DNA of 64,000 nt from Glycera tridactyla (Eukaryota). Shown here one piece after another: positions 59,717 to 64,000 of this stretch. A program made the position numbers and the translations under genes. The notes beneath the pieces were generated by a model that did not search any database, was not told the DNA's origin, and saw nothing but the letters and a program-made list of their open reading frames with translations. Location: assembly GCA_965644265.1 (NCBI GenBank), contig OZ286465.1:18414001-18478000 (forward strand), in the 5' to 3' direction. How positions within the stretch are numbered: the stretch's first letter is position 1; every line of letters starts with the position of its first letter.

Positions 59717-62700
59717 TGTCAGGCGACCAGAGGACGGTCATTGAGGTCGTTTATCAGCCCACAGATAAGCTCGATTCCATGTGGATCATGGTCATGTGAT
59801 CTCCTTTACAAGACACATCGCTGGTATAGTGTGTGTGTTGCCTGCAGGTAGATCCAGACTATAATCAGGGCAAACCTATATTGTCCAGTGGATAAGCACA
59901 ATTTTCATGCACTATTCAAAAAATGTACCAAACTTGGCACACTTGTTCACATCACTAAACTGAAACTTTTTGATTATGGAACAATTTCGGCGAAGCTCTC
60001 TGTTGACGATTTCTGTCGGTAGATGGCATTTTGCAGGTTTTTCATCAATCTAAGCAGCAAAGGCATCCCAGCGATTGCACATCCTATTTTTTGGAAGTCA
60101 GGACCAGAATACAAGCAATCATTACAATAGTCTCTGAGGTTTTTTGTTGTAATATTTCCAGACCACTCAGTAGCATTTTGCAGGTTTTCATAGATCTAGG
60201 CAGTATAGGCATCTCCACAGCGATTGCATATTTCATCTTTCGGATCTCATAACAAGAATACAGACGATCAATACAACATGTGCACATATGTACACCTGAG
60301 CCCCACCCCATCACTCTGGATTAGGAACCACTCACACAAGACTGATTATTATTAATTTTGTGGGATAAGATTGTGTGGTTTGTCTTCTGAATGAGCCAGT
60401 ATCAGTACATTCTGTTCTTGGTTATATGCCATTCATGTGAAATCAAATGAATCACACATTGAGTATATATGTGTGGAATGATAACAGGAGACTGGTTGAT
60501 AACCCATTTATTCATTGATATATTCTATTTGGAAAACCATCTGATGCAAGTGATCATGAATCATTCGGTTGAAATATCATCGAATCATCTTCAAATTCAT
60601 CGGAAATATCTATTGAATCCAACAGAACATTTTAGATAGTTTGAATGGTCCCTTTCTAGCATGAATTTGCTGAGGTTGAAGAGAAGAATTCAGATAAGAG
60701 TGCAGCTCATGAAATTGCTCATGGAAACAACAAGTGTGTCACATTAGCAGGTTTCATTCTAATACTGGGTGTGGCACTCTATTCGGATTCCTAGGCAGAG
60801 AAAGAGAAAAGACTTGGGTGTATGGAGAATGTATGAAAAGTTGGGGGTTGCCTTAATAGACCTGTGTACAAATCTGTACTCACTGAATGAAGAACTTTTC
60901 AGCTTGCAAGAGCGAGCTGGTTTTGTTGTGTGACCATGCATCTTAAAAAGCTGAAATGAATGGCGCCAGGAAAAAACTTTTCTCAAAAGAATGCCTTCAA
61001 GAAGATCTGCTTCCCAGCAAAAGTTGCTTTGCCAAAGTAAACTGAGCCATGCATCAGGGTGGCCATGTTTGAGGACTAACATTTGCAACACAGATGGTTC
61101 TTCCCCTATCCTATGGAGTGGGGTTGACACGGAATCAAGATTGGCCCATGGCCACTGTGAACAACATTTCCTTCTGTTTCAAAGCATTTACGAAACTCAT
61201 AAAATGTTCTGGAAAGCGAAGTAGGCCTTCTGATTGCTGTGGGTAAATAGAAATATGCATGTCATATCCGAAATTAACTTGATTGAAGTAGATGAAGTAC
61301 TGAATACTAGCCACCGTTGATGGCAGACTCCTACTTGAAGGAGGACCCTCTTATAGTCTTTTTCCACATATTTTATCAGGTCAAGTATGATGCCAGTCAA
61401 ACACGGGCTGTCATTGGCCTGTGAAACGTTCACCCCATACCAAACACACTTTCCAACCCACCATATCCAGTGGCTAGGCTTGATACGCTTGGTGAGGAAG
61501 CGAGATCATTGATAGCCATAAAATCACAAACTCAAATCGCACAAAAGACCTTAGCGGTTCCCAGTATTTAAGCGAGACCATCAACCAAAAATATATCAAC
61601 GAAAAAATATCTTCATGTTCGTTTTGACCATGTTTTTGCTGATATCAACTCTCAGCGGGATGGAATTCCACAATTTTGCCACCTTCACGAACACACTCAC
61701 CCCAGCAAAGACAGTCCTCGTCATTTTGATCTTCAGATCATTCCTTCCTTAGAGAAAGAATCAAATTGGCGATCTTGTGTTTTCTTGTGTTGGGCGTGGC
61801 TTAGAAGTACTCAATGAAAACGACCAGTTGAATATGCCCGATGGCTTGTGTACATATGACCAGAAATGGCGGAAATTTGATTGATCATATTTGATGCTCT
61901 AGCTCCAATATAAAAAAGTGTCCCTGGTGAATATCGAAAAATACCTTGCATCACAGTAGCATGATTCTCAAGATGGCGGCTACCATGGATTCGGATCTCA
62001 CAAAGTGATCAGCACAAGTATAATCTGGCACACCCACCAACTCCCTCACAACTGAACAAGTAGAGATCGTGAGAACCAATGCACGTGCTGACGTGCATGC
62101 CATACACATGCTAAATCTTTAAATTCAGTTTTGGCGGATTCCTATTCACTTCCTCTCGACATCCATGGTTTTTTATATTCGAAAAGTCGAGGACACGTGT
62201 CAATAGGTCTATGTCAGAGGAACCCACCCCGAGGGGGGTGGGTGGGTACAAACTTCGGGCATCTGCACCCCTTGTCACTGTGTGATGATACAGAATAAGC
62301 GCTTGTCACCAGCAGCCTTTCTATCATTTTTTCCAAACTTGCCAAATACAACTTTTGATGCCAGCTCTGTCGAAGAACTACAACGTTTTCGTCAGGAAAA
62401 CCCAATAGCAGTAGATAACATGGGGAATCAGTCGACCTTTGTGAGGCTGCTGTGGAACCCGGCATCGAGCGCATGTGTTGGATAGATGACGAGGGTGAAA
62501 ACTTTACTTGCAGGACCCCCCCACCCCCCCCCCCCCCCCTATATATGGATAGATTAATTAATTCAAACAACAACAACAACAAAAGAAAATGAGTGGTCCT
62601 CAAATCCGTTCGTCTTTGCCACTGATTTGGCTGATCAGTCAAAACGTTTCAACGGTTGCCTGAACGAGGAGACGGCATACCGACCGTAATTAAATATCAT

Positions 62701-63239
62701 ACTTCAAAGGAGAGATTTAAGTTCACGATAGTGGTTTGTTTGAGGTTCAACGGAACCAACCCAAAGGATCATGTATGAAAGGATGGGGAACCATGGTTAT
62801 CAAGTGGGAAGGCCCCATTTCAGACACACCTCCAGTGATCCATCTACAACCGTGTCGGTATCCTATGTGACGTCAAGCACAGTGCCGATTGTGACGTCAC
62901 GCATAATGGCGCATCAAGAACGCTCCCTTTAGAAGTCAGTCACACTCCTCACCATGATACAGTCATCCATGATCATAGTTAACAAACAACAGATAACCAA
63001 ATATTTATTTGGGTACTCAATACCGCGGAGGGGGGGGGGGCCTATATTATCAGGATTATCAGCCATACATACTATACAAAGGAGTGACTGGTAGCACTTG
63101 TCTAAACTTGCAAATGTGCTTCCAATTGCACCCAGAGAAATCAGTCGCCCACAATTCATGGGACGCATGATTACTGACATGGCCAGCGTTCAAGCACATT
63201 CCTGGCTCATATTTCTTCGGTTGCGGCGTAGCTGAGCAG

Positions 63240-63365
63240 CAAGATGATTTCTATGTGTGATTTGAAAGTGATTGTCGGGTCTAGGGTCAACCCCAGGTAT
63301 TTGGTTTGGTCCAACAGTACCGAATCAAGAGCAGCACCAAGCTGGTTCTTCACCTTATAATTTGG
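63240..63365 (-). mobile_element. Small LINE RT C-terminal fragment
   Basis: The minus strand reads DQTKYLGLTLDPTITFKSHIE (KYLG motif). Confidence 0.6.
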
Positions 63366-64000
63366 TTGATGCATGAGAGGATTGAAGTAATCATCTCAAA
63401 TGTCAGCGGGTGACCAGATATCTCATAGATAATGACAAAATGCACGTGTCAGTGTATATGGTTCACGATTGTGTGTGTGTGTCCACGAAAGAGTGTGGAT
63501 GTGTGTGCATGCGTGCATGTGCTGGTGTTGAGTGGTCTTGATGTCATGGATGGAGATGTGGCCCATGCCACGGAACAAGATCCAAAATGAGAAATCTATA
63601 TCATCTCTCATCCTGCATCAACATGACAAGCATTATAATGGTGCGTGTTTCTCAGTAACATCCACACATCATATCATTCATCAAGCTTACACTCAAAATG
63701 TTTAAATACTCCTCTCAAGATTCACACGAGATGCAACATTCTGCACCATGCAAAATAGATGAAAGTTTGTAAAAAAAAAATGTAATTGGATGCCACAGAT
63801 TTGGTACTGCTGTCTCTCCAACTCGCAGTATGAGCCATGACGCACAACGCAGGTCCATTCTTGGGTCCGATATTTGTTCTCTATATTTAAGGTAGCTGTG
63901 AACGATGGCTATATTGAAACGACGGGAATGTAGAAGTGTTCAGCTTTCAATAAAACTGTTGAACTAACACCAACAAGTAAGCTGCATCAGTGGCTTGGCA

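Noticed and set aside
60759-61433. Minus-strand ORFs of 123 and 78 aa
   Set aside because: No recognisable domain or splice structure.

Overview
Repeat-rich animal (invertebrate-type) genomic DNA with six hard-masked N tracts and no rRNA, tRNA or CRISPR. Most of 2,963-41,715 is an old tandem segmental duplication (copy 1 ~2,963-13,762; copy 2 ~13,763-41,715). Different retroelements inserted independently into the two copies, so the window contains both the filled and the empty site for each. The insertions are: two 5'-truncated Penelope-like element (PLE) 3' ends stacked in a (TA)n tract (3,500-5,587); a 7.2-kb CR1/L2-type LINE (15,241-22,416); and a 9.5-kb partial-tandem Neptune-like PLE (30,847-40,374) encoding RT plus a C-terminal GIY-YIG endonuclease. 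The right third holds decayed LINEs, minisatellites and one host gene on the minus strand: a secreted protein with a Cys-rich domain and a C-type lectin domain (three coding exons, 58,307-55,680). The main finding is that all four PLE terminal repeats carry a discontinuous type I hammerhead ribozyme. The catalytic core (CUGAUGA/stem II/GAAA) pairs with a GUC substrate strand 150-300 nt downstream, with fully compensatory stems between two divergent PLE families. The insert in stem III contains promoter-like motifs pointing at the start of the substrate strand, and each element ends 39-44 nt after the predicted cleavage site. All RNA-structure and mechanism statements come from manual inspection and are untested.
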